The position numbers were made by a program, and so were the translations under genes. From NCBI GenBank assembly GCA_045613785.1, contig JAZLBQ010000026.1, forward strand, positions 12,697 to 76,696: a stretch of 64,000 nt of DNA, written 5' to 3'. Shown in pieces: positions 40,879 through 50,545 of this stretch. Within the stretch, counting starts at the first letter, position 1. Every line of letters begins with the position of its first letter. This stretch comes from Candidatus Enterousia sp. (GTDB lineage Bacteria > Pseudomonadota > Alphaproteobacteria > Rs-D84). The notes under the pieces were generated by a model. The model was not told the origin of the DNA, did not search any database, and saw only the letters and a program-made list of their open reading frames with translations.

Positions 40879-41976
40879 TTGGCTTCTTTTACTTTAAAAA
40901 AATTTCCAGACATTTTATCCGATATACCATCAACTACAGATACATCTAGTGCCTTATTAAAATTAGCTAGATATGATGGCATGATAGAATTCATACCGTA
41001 TCCAGAAGTATTAACAAGCATATTATTTTACCAAGAATCGGTTATGTCATCTAGACTGGAAGGCACGATAGCAACAATTACTGACATATTAAATTATAAA
41101 GTTGGAAAAAATCTATCAGAAAGATTAGAAAAAGACGCTACAGAAATAGAAAATTATAAAGACGCTCTAGGATACTGTATTAAAGAAGCAAAAGATAATA
41201 ATTTTGAAATCACAAACAGACTAATAAAAAACATACAAGCTATTATACTAAACAACTCTAGAGGTGGAGACAAACTTAAAGGAAAATATAAAGAAAAACA
41301 GAATTATATAGGTAATAAATACGATGGAGAGATAACATATACTCCAGTATCTTACTTACACACAGAAGAATATATGAATAATCTAATAAATTTTATAAAT
41401 TCAAATACATCTGAAAACCCGCTTGTTAAAACCGCAATTATTCATGCATATTTTGAACTAATACACCCTTTTGAAGATGGAAACGGAAGAGTTGGACGTA
41501 TTTTAATACCAATACTATTAAAAAAATACAATATACTATCCACGCCATATTTTTATATAAGTTATTACTTTTCTGTAAATAGAAACAAATACATATCTGC
41601 CTTGGAAAAAATTTCAAAAGAAAACGATTGGCAGACCTGGATTGACTTTTTTATCAAAGCAATTGAACACCAGACAACGGTATTAACAAACATATTAAGA
41701 CAATTAAAAGAAATTAGAAAAAAAACAGAAGAAGAAATATCAAGCTTAAAAACACAATTTTGTATCCCTATACTTAATTTTCTATTTAAACAAATTAAAT
41801 TTAAAACTACTGATTTTATAGAAAAAACAGGAATTAATGCTAACACATCAAGAGCATTATTGAAAACACTAGAAGAGAAAAACATACTTGAAATAGAAGA
41901 AAAAGGAACCGGACAAAGTCCAACAATATACAGGTTTAAAGAGTTATATCAAATTGTTAAGGATATATCAGCATAA
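40879..41976 (+). CDS. fic: Fic-family AMPylator, class II (intramolecular inhibitory helix)
   Basis: Canonical active site HPFEDGNGRVGR, plus an N-terminal SSRLEG matching the (S/T)xxxE(G/N) inhibitory motif. Confidence 0.85.
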   Translation: MASFTLKKFPDILSDIPSTTDTSSALLKLARYDGMIEFIPYPEVLTSILFYQESVMSSRLEGTIATITDILNYKVGKNLSERLEKDATEIENYKDALGYCIKEAKDNNFEITNRLIKNIQAIILNNSRGGDKLKGKYKEKQNYIGNKYDGEITYTPVSYLHTEEYMNNLINFINSNTSENPLVKTAIIHAYFELIHPFEDGNGRVGRILIPILLKKYNILSTPYFYISYYFSVNRNKYISALEKISKENDWQTWIDFFIKAIEHQTTVLTNILRQLKEIRKKTEEEISSLKTQFCIPILNFLFKQIKFKTTDFIEKTGINANTSRALLKTLEEKNILEIEEKGTGQSPTIYRFKELYQIVKDISA

Positions 41977-42136
41977 ATGTTTATCCACAAACCCCAGCAT
42001 TTTATCTGTAGCGGTTTGCATTGAATCACGAATTGGGTCAACCGTCAGGCGGCTATAAACCTGTGTTTCGCTGGTGGATTTGTGGCCAAGTGATTTACCA
42101 ATAACCGGCAAACTGGCACCTAATATCGCCTGTCAT
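41968..42136 (-). pseudogene. tyrosine recombinase/integrase remnant (C-terminal ~55 codons, frameshifted)
   Basis: Minus-strand frames give MTGDIRCQFAGYW* and then, after a frameshift, SLGHKSTSETQVYSRL...DKH. This matches the HxLRHTFAT...LGHSSIxTTxxYxH integrase C-terminal catalytic-Tyr region. Confidence 0.6.
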
Positions 42137-42540
42137 GAATCCAAATACACCAACCCCTGTGGAGGGGATTTCAACCCAATTTCTGCCAACGTTTTTGGCA
42201 CATCAAACCGAACAACATTCCCCAATTGATATGCATACGCCACATCACAACCTGCAAAATAAGACTTAAAAAATTCATACGACACGCCGGCATTATTCTT
42301 TACAATTTCCCACATTTCATCAGGCCCCATTGAAATAATCCGAACAACCCTTGCCGCACCTACAACCCTTTTCATCGGCCGTGTTTCATAGATAAAAATT
42401 TCATCAACCGCCTTTCTTGGACAAACTTTTCTAAATTCAAACTTTTTATCCCCAGATAAAATTTTTTCAACAAATTCAGGCTTTATCGCCAACAAAATCG
42501 CCATTTGTTCCTCTTTCAAGATAAAAACAGAATTATTCAA
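42133..42540 (-). CDS. ASCH-domain protein
   Basis: 135 aa; similar to ASCH/PUA-like small proteins (ILLAIKPEFVEKILSGDKKFEFR). Confidence 0.5.
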   Translation of the reverse strand: MNNSVFILKEEQMAILLAIKPEFVEKILSGDKKFEFRKVCPRKAVDEIFIYETRPMKRVVGAARVVRIISMGPDEMWEIVKNNAGVSYEFFKSYFAGCDVAYAYQLGNVVRFDVPKTLAEIGLKSPPQGLVYLDS

Positions 42541-42599
42541 TATGACCTATTGGGCACTTATCCAAGAAACCCAACGATTTCAACGTTAAAAGAAAATAA

Positions 42600-43583
42600 T
42601 CACATTTTATAGATTCTAACAAAACTTGTTTCACTAGTTCCCGTTGAACCACTTCCACCATCACCACCATTTACAACAAGTGTTGTTGATGTTCCAGCAC
42701 CATTGATTGCACCACCACCGCCGCCACCACCATAAGATATTGCCGTCTGACCACCGCATGAAAAACTAACACTTTCACCGCCCTTGCCACCTATGACCGA
42801 TGCATATTCTGTGCATTTATATGTTTTACAACTGGTGGCATTACCGCCATCGCCACCACTTTCTGGTGTTCCGTCCGTTCCCGGGTCAATACTCACAGTA
42901 AAATCTGGATAAGATGACGCATTATTATATTGCCACGACGTCCCCCCCTTATCACTTGGCGAACCACCGCCACCGCCACCAACACCATATGTATCTGTTT
43001 TATATATTCTAAATCCCCGATATCCATTTGCACCGCTAAGTCCAGACTTTCCACCAAAACCATTGCCTATTGCCACAGCAGTTGCACTATACAATCTGTT
43101 CACGGCACTATTATTATATGAAATTGTGCATGTATTTCCGGGACCACCTTCGGCCCGCCAAACACGTTCACCAACAACCAGCAAAGAATCGACCCCTGAT
43201 GCACCACCACCAAAAGTCCCGTGTTTTGTTCCCGTTTTCTTCACACTTCCTGGATTACCATCGCCACCACGAAACACATGAACTTCTGTTGGTTCAAACA
43301 CTGAAAACAAAGCAGACACAACCGATGTTTCAGACAAATCAACAAAGTCCACACATTCATCGTTTTTCAGTCCGACACCACCACGCAATTCCGCCCGATA
43401 ACATCCTGGTTCCAAGGTAATAGAATTACAAACATTGATATCATTTTCTTCATAGACTAATTCTTCACTACCGGACATAACGCAAGCCCCCTGTGGCACT
43501 TCGTCTGCCGCCATATAGATATTACCTCCAGGTCCGGTTATATATAATGCATTTGCTAAGATCAAGGCAGGTATAAACATCAA
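42600..43583 (-). CDS. glycine-rich secreted protein, paralogue A
   Basis: 327 aa; N-terminal hydrophobic signal, poly-Gly runs (GGGGGGS, GGGGGGAING). Shares the blocks LVYEEN.IN.CNS, YRAELRGG, VFRGGDGN, GGGASGVDSLLVV, ISYGGGGGGG and ETSFV.IYK with 43592..44596. Confidence 0.55.
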   Translation of the reverse strand: MMFIPALILANALYITGPGGNIYMAADEVPQGACVMSGSEELVYEENDINVCNSITLEPGCYRAELRGGVGLKNDECVDFVDLSETSVVSALFSVFEPTEVHVFRGGDGNPGSVKKTGTKHGTFGGGASGVDSLLVVGERVWRAEGGPGNTCTISYNNSAVNRLYSATAVAIGNGFGGKSGLSGANGYRGFRIYKTDTYGVGGGGGGSPSDKGGTSWQYNNASSYPDFTVSIDPGTDGTPESGGDGGNATSCKTYKCTEYASVIGGKGGESVSFSCGGQTAISYGGGGGGGAINGAGTSTTLVVNGGDGGSGSTGTSETSFVRIYKM

Positions 43584-43591
43584 GTATTACT

Positions 43592-44596
43592 TTAACCTAT
43601 TTTATAAATTTTTACAAAGCTTGTTTTACTTGTTCCTTTTGAACCACTGGCACCATCACCACCATTGACACAGTCCGTGTCACACCACTGCCCACTTGAT
43701 TCACATCCCGACTGATAAAAAAAACACATGCCACCACCACCACCGCCACCATACGAAATTGCCGTCGTCCCAGCACAAGAAAACACAACATTTTCTCCAC
43801 CCTTTCCACCATAACCATAATTAGAGGTCAAAGAATTTTCTTTTTTATTTTTTACAGTTCCACCATCACCACCGGCACTTGCAGTTGCGTTACTACCACC
43901 TGCAATATAAGAATACGAAGAACTTGCCTCACCTCCTATTCCGCCACCAATATTATTTGAACCACCACCGCCAGCACCACAATAACCACGTGCCTGGTAT
44001 TTAATTGTTGACCCATTATTTATGGTTTTATCTGCCGTAATACCACCGCCACCGCCATAACAAACGTCAAACAAAGCATACCCCCCACCATTCAAACCAC
44101 TCACTGTTCCTGTGATACACTTTGAACCAACCGCCCCTGTTGCCCTGATTACACGTCCTTCAACAACCAACAACGAATCCACCCCTGACGCACCACCACC
44201 AGAAATCTGATGTGAATTCGCCCTTTTGCTATCATTACCATCGCCACCACGAAAAACATCAATCACTGTTTCTTGGTTTATTTTGAAAATACTTGAAACA
44301 ATTTCACTATCAAAACGTTGAGTTCCAATTCCGGACTGACAAGACGCAGGTTTTCCCCCTGTTCCACCACGCAATTCTGCCCGATAAATTCCTGCTTCCA
44401 ACCGCACAGAATTACAGGTATTTATCGAGTTTTCTTCATACACCAGTGTTTCAGATCCATCATAAATTCCACCTTCTACTGGGATTAAAGCTACGTGAAA
44501 AACCTCGCCTGCGGCGTTTTTTATATGCATAGCAGGCGACGTCAACTGTTGCTGTTGTGCAACAATTTGAATATTATCAACATTTATTACAGGCAT
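43592..44596 (-). CDS. glycine-rich protein, paralogue B (no obvious signal peptide)
   Basis: 334 aa; the same conserved blocks as paralogue A; tandem duplicate 8 nt upstream. Confidence 0.55.
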   Translation of the reverse strand: MPVINVDNIQIVAQQQQLTSPAMHIKNAAGEVFHVALIPVEGGIYDGSETLVYEENSINTCNSVRLEAGIYRAELRGGTGGKPASCQSGIGTQRFDSEIVSSIFKINQETVIDVFRGGDGNDSKRANSHQISGGGASGVDSLLVVEGRVIRATGAVGSKCITGTVSGLNGGGYALFDVCYGGGGGITADKTINNGSTIKYQARGYCGAGGGGSNNIGGGIGGEASSSYSYIAGGSNATASAGGDGGTVKNKKENSLTSNYGYGGKGGENVVFSCAGTTAISYGGGGGGGMCFFYQSGCESSGQWCDTDCVNGGDGASGSKGTSKTSFVKIYKIG

Positions 44597-44734
44597 AGTC
44601 CCTCAAAATACCTACTCTAATCATAGAAAAAAAACATCACATTGAGCAAGTCATAAAGAAAGAAACAATAAAGTAATTGCGACATATTCATAAAAAGTCT
44701 TAAAATAGCATTAAACAAAGACAGGCAAACAGAT

Positions 44735-45310
44735 ATGAAAAAGATAATCGCAACAATTTTACTATTTATTTTCAGCACCCTGCCAGGACAATCCAAAGAT
44801 TTTGCCCCATATCTTGGTGTTGATATAGGATTAAACATTGCACAATACACATCAGACTACGGTCTGGACAAGAATTATTACAACGGAACAATCAACGCAG
44901 GTGCACGCATTGGCAGTAATTTTGGAATAGAATTATTTTATACTCACACGCTACCCAACGAAGTTGATTATGTTTTTTCGGCTGAAACAATAACCAACCA
45001 AGTTTATTATAATGCATTTGGTTTTGACATTTATGCATATTATAACCTGCCATCGAACTTTGATTTTTTCACATCATTTGGGGTTGCAAATTATAAAACA
45101 TATAACAAATTGACCTATACCACACCGTTCGATGAAGCATCTGCCAAGACAGACTTTACCAACACCACGACCCGATTTGGAATAGGCCTGTTATACACAT
45201 TTTCTGACGATAATGTATCAGGTCTTATTCAATATCAATATGCCCCGATAAACAATGAAATAATAAATACTATATCTGAATTTTCGATTGGTTTTCGATA
45301 TATATTCTAA
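44735..45310 (+). CDS. small outer-membrane beta-barrel protein (OmpA/OmpW-like porin family)
   Basis: 191 aa; signal peptide, alternating aromatic/hydrophilic strands, C-terminal ...GFRYIF. Confidence 0.6.
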   Translation: MKKIIATILLFIFSTLPGQSKDFAPYLGVDIGLNIAQYTSDYGLDKNYYNGTINAGARIGSNFGIELFYTHTLPNEVDYVFSAETITNQVYYNAFGFDIYAYYNLPSNFDFFTSFGVANYKTYNKLTYTTPFDEASAKTDFTNTTTRFGIGLLYTFSDDNVSGLIQYQYAPINNEIINTISEFSIGFRYIF

Positions 45311-45338
45311 AAAAATCCCCGGAAAGGGGATTTATTTT
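45309..45338. terminator. bidirectional hairpin terminator
   Basis: aaaaaaatccccggaaaggggatttatttt, between the OMP gene(+) and rfbD(-). Confidence 0.75.
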
Positions 45339-46161
45339 AATCAAAATCTTTTAATGCTTTTTTCAAACTATCCTTCCAGTGTGAAATTTTTATTCCAAAG
45401 ACTTCTTTTATTTTATCTTTATCCAAGACACTATAAAACGGTCGCACTGCCCGTGTAGGATATTGATTTGATTTAATTGGATTTACAACACATTTAATTC
45501 CAGACAAATCCAAAATCTCGACTGCAAAGTCATACCACGAACAAACACCTTCATTAGTAAAATGATAAACACCTGAGTTTTCTGGTTTCATCTGTGGAAT
45601 AATTTGCACGATTGCATCTGCCAAATCCGCTGCAAACGTAGGCGTTCCAATCTGGTCTGCGACAACATTGATAACATCTTTTTCATTACCTAATTTTCGC
45701 ATAGTCTTTACGAAATTATTACCAAACGCTGAATACAACCACGCAGTTCTAATAACAACTGCACAATTTGAATTTTTCAGAACAGCAATTTCCCCTGCCC
45801 GCTTTGTTTTTCCATAAACAGACACAGGATTTGTTTTTTCATCTGTTTCATATGGTCTATGTGCTGTTCCATCAAAAACATAGTCCGTTGAAATATGTAT
45901 AATTTTTGCTCCTGTCTTGGCCAGATTTCTTGGGCCATCAACATTTATTTTTGTTGCTAACTCCACCTCATCTTCGGCCTTGTCCACGGCGGTCCATGCA
46001 GCACAATTTATAATCAGTTCAATATTATTTTCTTTTACAAAATTCTGAACAGCTCTTTCATCTGTGATATCAAGTTTATCAACATCAGCACAAATTGCAT
46101 CGGGCAATTTTTTTGATAATTCTTTACCCAACTGTCCATTACAGCCCGTTATCAGGAACAT
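45337..46161 (-). CDS. rfbD: dTDP-4-dehydrorhamnose reductase
   Basis: 274 aa; MFLITGCNGQLGKEL Rossmann motif and overall RmlD similarity. Confidence 0.85.
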   Translation of the reverse strand: MFLITGCNGQLGKELSKKLPDAICADVDKLDITDERAVQNFVKENNIELIINCAAWTAVDKAEDEVELATKINVDGPRNLAKTGAKIIHISTDYVFDGTAHRPYETDEKTNPVSVYGKTKRAGEIAVLKNSNCAVVIRTAWLYSAFGNNFVKTMRKLGNEKDVINVVADQIGTPTFAADLADAIVQIIPQMKPENSGVYHFTNEGVCSWYDFAVEILDLSGIKCVVNPIKSNQYPTRAVRPFYSVLDKDKIKEVFGIKISHWKDSLKKALKDFD

Positions 46162-46690
46162 CTTTCAATCCTTTTGCTATTCTATCTTTATCCGAAGTTA
46201 TAATTTTATCTGCTGGTATTTTCCAATCGATTCCGATATCTGGGTCATCAAATCTGATACCAAATTCTGCCGCTGGTGCATAGAAATTATCACATTTGTA
46301 TGCGAAAACGGCCTCGTCAGACAAAACAGAAAACCCATGCAAGAATCCACGAGGAATAAACAACTGCCTTTTATTATCATCACTCAATTCCACAGCCACG
46401 TGTTTACCAAAAGTAGGTGAATTTTTTCTGATATCAACTGCGACGTCCAGCACCCGTCCAGATAAAACCCGAACTAATTTAGCCTGGGCAAATTCCCCCA
46501 ACTGACAGTGCAAACCACGCACCACCCCGAACGAAGACTTTGATTGATTATCTTGGACAAACTTATTAGGTATTCCATTTTTTTCAAATTCTGCTTCATT
46601 ATAACTTTCAAAGAAATACCCACGTGCATCCACAAAAATCCGTGGTTCAACAATAACCACACCATCTATTTCGGTTTTAATAAAGTTCAT
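46139..46690 (-). CDS. rfbC: dTDP-4-dehydrorhamnose 3,5-epimerase
   Basis: Cupin motifs ...RGLHCQ..., FIPRGFLHGF; start taken at the internal MNFIKTEIDG. Confidence 0.85.
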   Translation of the reverse strand: MNFIKTEIDGVVIVEPRIFVDARGYFFESYNEAEFEKNGIPNKFVQDNQSKSSFGVVRGLHCQLGEFAQAKLVRVLSGRVLDVAVDIRKNSPTFGKHVAVELSDDNKRQLFIPRGFLHGFSVLSDEAVFAYKCDNFYAPAAEFGIRFDDPDIGIDWKIPADKIITSDKDRIAKGLKDVPDNGL

Positions 46691-46715
46691 ATTTTTCCCC
46701 TGCTTTCTAAGAACA

Positions 46716-47327
46716 TTAAAAACACTTATCCAGTTCTGCACCAGACTCGTTTTGATCAATTTGTTTATTTCTAATTTCTTGTGCGGCTTTGATTTTTTGT
46801 TTCAACAAAATTATTTCGGGGTGTTTTTGAAATTCCATATTAAACAAATCAATAACCGCATCTACATCATCTTTTGATTTAACAAAGACGGGCATAACAG
46901 AATCTGCCGCCACAAACATAGACTGTTGTAAATCTGGCTTAAAATCATCAATCACCGATAAATAAGATTCAATATGTTTATCTTCGTGTTTTAGCACGGC
47001 ATTATAACTGCACGATTTTGGGACGTGTCGCATATCAATTTGAACTATAAATTCAGAATATCCAACCAAAGCCTCAACTGTTTTTAATCCGACACAAAAA
47101 CCATCATCAACAGGATTGACATCTGCGACAAAATCATAATTATCAACCAAAGTTGCGACGACATTGCCATGCCAAAAATCCATTGGTGTTTTTGGTTGAA
47201 CAACGACTTTTTCCCAATCTGGCAAATTCACGAAAACGGCTGGATTTTTTTTAAATTTCAAACAATCATTGGCCACAGCCTGCCCTGACACCAAGATTGC
47301 AAAAATCCACCCCAAACACTTTTGCAT
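46716..47327 (-). CDS. secreted DUF922-like putative Zn-dependent protease (HExxH)
   Basis: 203 aa; signal peptide MQKCLGWIFAILVSGQAVA; YNAVLKHEDKHIESY resembles the DUF922 HExxH core. Lies immediately downstream of virB4. Confidence 0.4.
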   Translation of the reverse strand: MQKCLGWIFAILVSGQAVANDCLKFKKNPAVFVNLPDWEKVVVQPKTPMDFWHGNVVATLVDNYDFVADVNPVDDGFCVGLKTVEALVGYSEFIVQIDMRHVPKSCSYNAVLKHEDKHIESYLSVIDDFKPDLQQSMFVAADSVMPVFVKSKDDVDAVIDLFNMEFQKHPEIILLKQKIKAAQEIRNKQIDQNESGAELDKCF

Positions 47328-47334
47328 AATAAAG

Positions 47335-49764
47335 TTACTCTGCCGCCCCCTGCTTTTTCAGGTATTCATTTACAAAATTATTACCATACATTTTGTATAA
47401 TTCTTCTGCCAACAGCACTGACGAGCGTCCAGATTCAAACAATCTCAACAGATTTCCCAAACCGCCCAATTCTGTATTTAATATAACAGATTCACCATTT
47501 ACAGGTCTTGACAACAACACAGCTCTTTTCAGATTTGGATATGCCTTACCCTGGATAAAAGCCATTTCCAGCGGATTCAAATTCCAGTGTGCATAGTCAT
47601 TTGCATCAGCGGCAGGATTTCTGAAAAACATCACCGTCTGAGCCTGTCCACGCACCACATCACCAATTCCCATTTTATCCAAAACATTCGCACGTTGGAA
47701 CGCCACCATATATGCCTGACGGTTTTTACGTCCTTCTTGTAAACCGGTAATAAAGTTATCACGGAACATTTTGTTTTCCAGCATAGGTGCAGTTTCGTCA
47801 ATCATAATCAGCGACGGATTTCCCCCTGACACAGTAATATTATTGATTCTGTGCAAGATATAAGAAATAACTGCTGGCGACAAGACCTCGTCCTGTAAGA
47901 TATCAGTAAAATCGAACGTAGTCAGTCTTGAATGTAAATCCAATGTATCTGATGCTTCATTAAACATATCACCATATTGCAGTGGATCGACCCATTTTTT
48001 TAGTGCGGGCCGCATATTACCAGCCGAAGAAAAACAACTTTCCCACAGATTTTTCAACATTCTGTCATTTTCGTTCAGATAATCAAAATTCACGGAAACA
48101 GCCCGTGCTATTTCATCTGCTGACACTGCATCATTTTGTCCAGAAATAATGGCAAACCACCGCCGCAAGAACGCACGATTTGCGGCACTATCAGGCATTT
48201 TCAATGGATTTAAGTGTGTAATAAAACTTTGTTCTGTTGCATTTTGAGCTTTTTCCTTTCCCTGCATAGTGATATATTTTCCACCAGCGGCCAGTGTGAA
48301 TATTTCTGCCCCTTTATTTCTATCAAAGAAAAACGCTTTTAACTTTGGATGTCTTAAACTTTGTGCAATCAGGAAAGAAAACAGCGTAGTTTTTCCCCCA
48401 CCTGTCGGACCTATTGTCAAAGTATGTCCCACAGCAGCAGGTTTATCAGACACATGGAATTGGAATTGATAAGGTGTTCCCTGTGCAGTTGGGAAAACCA
48501 CCAATGGTCCTGGACCCCAGTCTGAATTTTCAACACCACGTGGCTGGGTTGACATAGGAATTGAAATTGCTGCTGCCCTTGACAACAACTTGAAACTGCG
48601 TGGGAAAACATCAAATCCTGGGATTTGTGCAAACCACGAAACTTTTGACGCAAACGTTTCCACGACAGGCGAAATTCCAAATGTTGCTGAAATCTTTTTA
48701 AATTCATCAACATACTTTTGCAAATCACTTGGCGTTGCCCCGAACAGAACAAACAGCGGATAATAATTTACCAGACTTTGATTTCCTGAAACATTTTCGT
48801 CCATCACGCTTTGTGCCTGAGAAATTTGTGTTTCTGTTGAATCTTTGTTTTCATCTGCTGTTGAACGCCGCTGACGGATAGTCGCTTCTACATCTGCAGC
48901 CCCCATAATATGAAATCCGTTCATACAAATCATTTCTGTCTGAATAGTAGATATTGTATCAAAGAATTCTTCTTCCAGATAATCAGGTGAAATCTTGAAA
49001 GACAAACAAGCAGCAAACGATTGATTTGGTCCACTGATATATCTTATTAAACCATCATTCAAGAATTCTACATCATCAACGGTTGTTAAACTAGCAATAT
49101 TGTTATCGGCCCTCATTGGTCTTGGTTTTGAAATAGGCGATAATATACGCCCCAAAAAGCAGGCCATATTATCAGGTGCATTATTTTTCAACAATTTTGG
49201 TCGATACGCTGCCAATATAGATTCAATATAATTACCATATTGATTTAATTTTGCCCGTGCATCACTGCCACTAACTGACAAAACGACATAGTAATTATTC
49301 AAAAATATTTTCAAGCCTTGTCCCCGCCACTTATTATAGATACGCTGTAAGGTAGGCTGATCAAATTCATAGTTTGTATTTTCATCTGCTGCATCACGCA
49401 CCATATAGAAACGCAACACAACATTAGGGTCTCTGATTTGATTAAACAACTGTGCTCTTAAATCCAAGAATTTTTCTTTTGTAGCATTATCCTGCATACT
49501 GGTCTGAACACCATCAATATGATAAACCCTGATGATACTACCGTCAGTCAGTTCCATTGAATTATCATTATAAACAGTTTTGAACGGCAAATAGTTAGCA
49601 TATTTTGCATATCCGAACTTTGGGAACAGCCTTTTTGTTAAAAAGGGCAAATAAATCAGCAATACAATAAACACAAACGCCACAGCCAAGGCCAGAACCA
49701 CCAAAGTCATCTGAAAACCACTACCTGCGAAATAGTTAAAAAAATCATTTAAATGTGTGTTCAT
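47335..49764 (-). CDS. virB4: type IV secretion system ATPase VirB4/TrbE
   Basis: 809 aa; N-terminal TM, Walker A TIGPTGGGKTT, and the CagE/TrbE/VirB4 architecture; overlaps virB3 by 4 nt. Confidence 0.85.
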   Translation of the reverse strand: MNTHLNDFFNYFAGSGFQMTLVVLALAVAFVFIVLLIYLPFLTKRLFPKFGYAKYANYLPFKTVYNDNSMELTDGSIIRVYHIDGVQTSMQDNATKEKFLDLRAQLFNQIRDPNVVLRFYMVRDAADENTNYEFDQPTLQRIYNKWRGQGLKIFLNNYYVVLSVSGSDARAKLNQYGNYIESILAAYRPKLLKNNAPDNMACFLGRILSPISKPRPMRADNNIASLTTVDDVEFLNDGLIRYISGPNQSFAACLSFKISPDYLEEEFFDTISTIQTEMICMNGFHIMGAADVEATIRQRRSTADENKDSTETQISQAQSVMDENVSGNQSLVNYYPLFVLFGATPSDLQKYVDEFKKISATFGISPVVETFASKVSWFAQIPGFDVFPRSFKLLSRAAAISIPMSTQPRGVENSDWGPGPLVVFPTAQGTPYQFQFHVSDKPAAVGHTLTIGPTGGGKTTLFSFLIAQSLRHPKLKAFFFDRNKGAEIFTLAAGGKYITMQGKEKAQNATEQSFITHLNPLKMPDSAANRAFLRRWFAIISGQNDAVSADEIARAVSVNFDYLNENDRMLKNLWESCFSSAGNMRPALKKWVDPLQYGDMFNEASDTLDLHSRLTTFDFTDILQDEVLSPAVISYILHRINNITVSGGNPSLIMIDETAPMLENKMFRDNFITGLQEGRKNRQAYMVAFQRANVLDKMGIGDVVRGQAQTVMFFRNPAADANDYAHWNLNPLEMAFIQGKAYPNLKRAVLLSRPVNGESVILNTELGGLGNLLRLFESGRSSVLLAEELYKMYGNNFVNEYLKKQGAAE

Positions 49765-50057
49765 GCTGCTAACTTTCCTGGTATTTTCTTTTTAAACAAT
49801 TGAATTTTTGCGGACACAATCTGTCCCAACTGCGGATCACGTTTTGAAAATATAGCGATAATAGAATGAACGACAATAACAGAGATTAAAAAGAACAATG
49901 GATTTACGCTTTCTTTTCCGCCTGAAACAATCAAGACGATGACGAAAACCGCCATAAAAATAATAAATTGCACAACAAAGTTCAACACGGCCAGCGAATA
50001 AGGCACATAAAAAATATGTGCTGGATTTGCCAACGCTTTTAATACCTGCTGTTTCAT
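49761..50057 (-). CDS. virB3: type IV secretion system protein VirB3
   Basis: 98 aa with two TM helices, located immediately upstream of virB4 and translationally coupled to it. Confidence 0.7.
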   Translation of the reverse strand: MKQQVLKALANPAHIFYVPYSLAVLNFVVQFIIFMAVFVIVLIVSGGKESVNPLFFLISVIVVHSIIAIFSKRDPQLGQIVSAKIQLFKKKIPGKLAA

Positions 50058-50084
50058 TCTCTATCCGTCCTTGTTTACAATTAT

Positions 50085-50300
50085 AACAATTTCAACAATT
50101 TTCAACAAGCAGAAAAGCCCCCCGTCCTAAAATTGTTAAAAGTGTTAAAAACTTCAAATTTATCAACTGTTGATTATTTTGTTTAATATTTAACAATTTG
50201 AAATCAAAACCGCACAAATCCTGGATTTTTTTGTTAAAAAACTGTTCAGAAAAAGTTAAAAACAGTTTTCAACAATTTCAACAGGCCCTACAACAACAAC
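50085..50300. promoter_or_regulatory. repeat-rich divergent promoter region (4x TTTCAACA(A/G), 3x GTTAAAAAC, palindrome ATCAAC-T-GTTGAT)
   Basis: TTTCAACAA at 50091, 50101, 50267 and 50276; GTTAAAAAC at 50143, 50232 and 50254; ATCAACTGTTGAT at 50162. All between virB3(-) and rpmJ(+). Confidence 0.45.
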
Positions 50301-50370
50301 TATTAAATAATATTATTATTTGATTTTTCAAAAAATATGTTTATAATCGACCTGTAAAAAGGATAACGAT

Positions 50371-50505
50371 ATGAAATTTTTAAGTTCATTAAAGGCTTGG
50401 AAGAAACGTGGAAATGTAAAACAGATCCGTCGTGGAAAGCAAGTTATCTTAATAGACCCTGACAATCCAAAGTTCAAAGCGAAACAGGGCTTTAAGAAGA
50501 AATAA
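50371..50505 (+). CDS. rpmJ: 50S ribosomal protein L36, cysteine-less (Rcc-type) variant
   Basis: 44 aa MKFLSSLKAWKKRGNVKQIRRGKQVILIDPDNPKFKAKQGFKKK. This matches the Rickettsia-type L36 (MKVVSSLKSLKKR...KRFKAKQG); followed by a terminator. Absent from the ORF track because it is under 60 aa. Confidence 0.8.
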   Translation: MKFLSSLKAWKKRGNVKQIRRGKQVILIDPDNPKFKAKQGFKKK

Positions 50506-50532
50506 AAAATCGCCGCTTGGCGGTTTTTTTTT
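50504..50532. terminator. rho-independent terminator
   Basis: aaaaaatcgccgcttggcggttttttttt. Confidence 0.8.
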
Positions 50533-50545
50533 ATACCTATAATAA

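Noticed and set aside
40788-41021. 77-aa minus ORF
   Set aside because: Overlaps the Fic start region; no RBS; AT-rich chance ORF.
42600-44596. RTX (GGxGxDxUx) calcium-binding repeat interpretation of the Gly-rich proteins
   Set aside because: GGDG motifs occur, but not as tandem nonapeptides; no T1SS C-terminal signal is evident.
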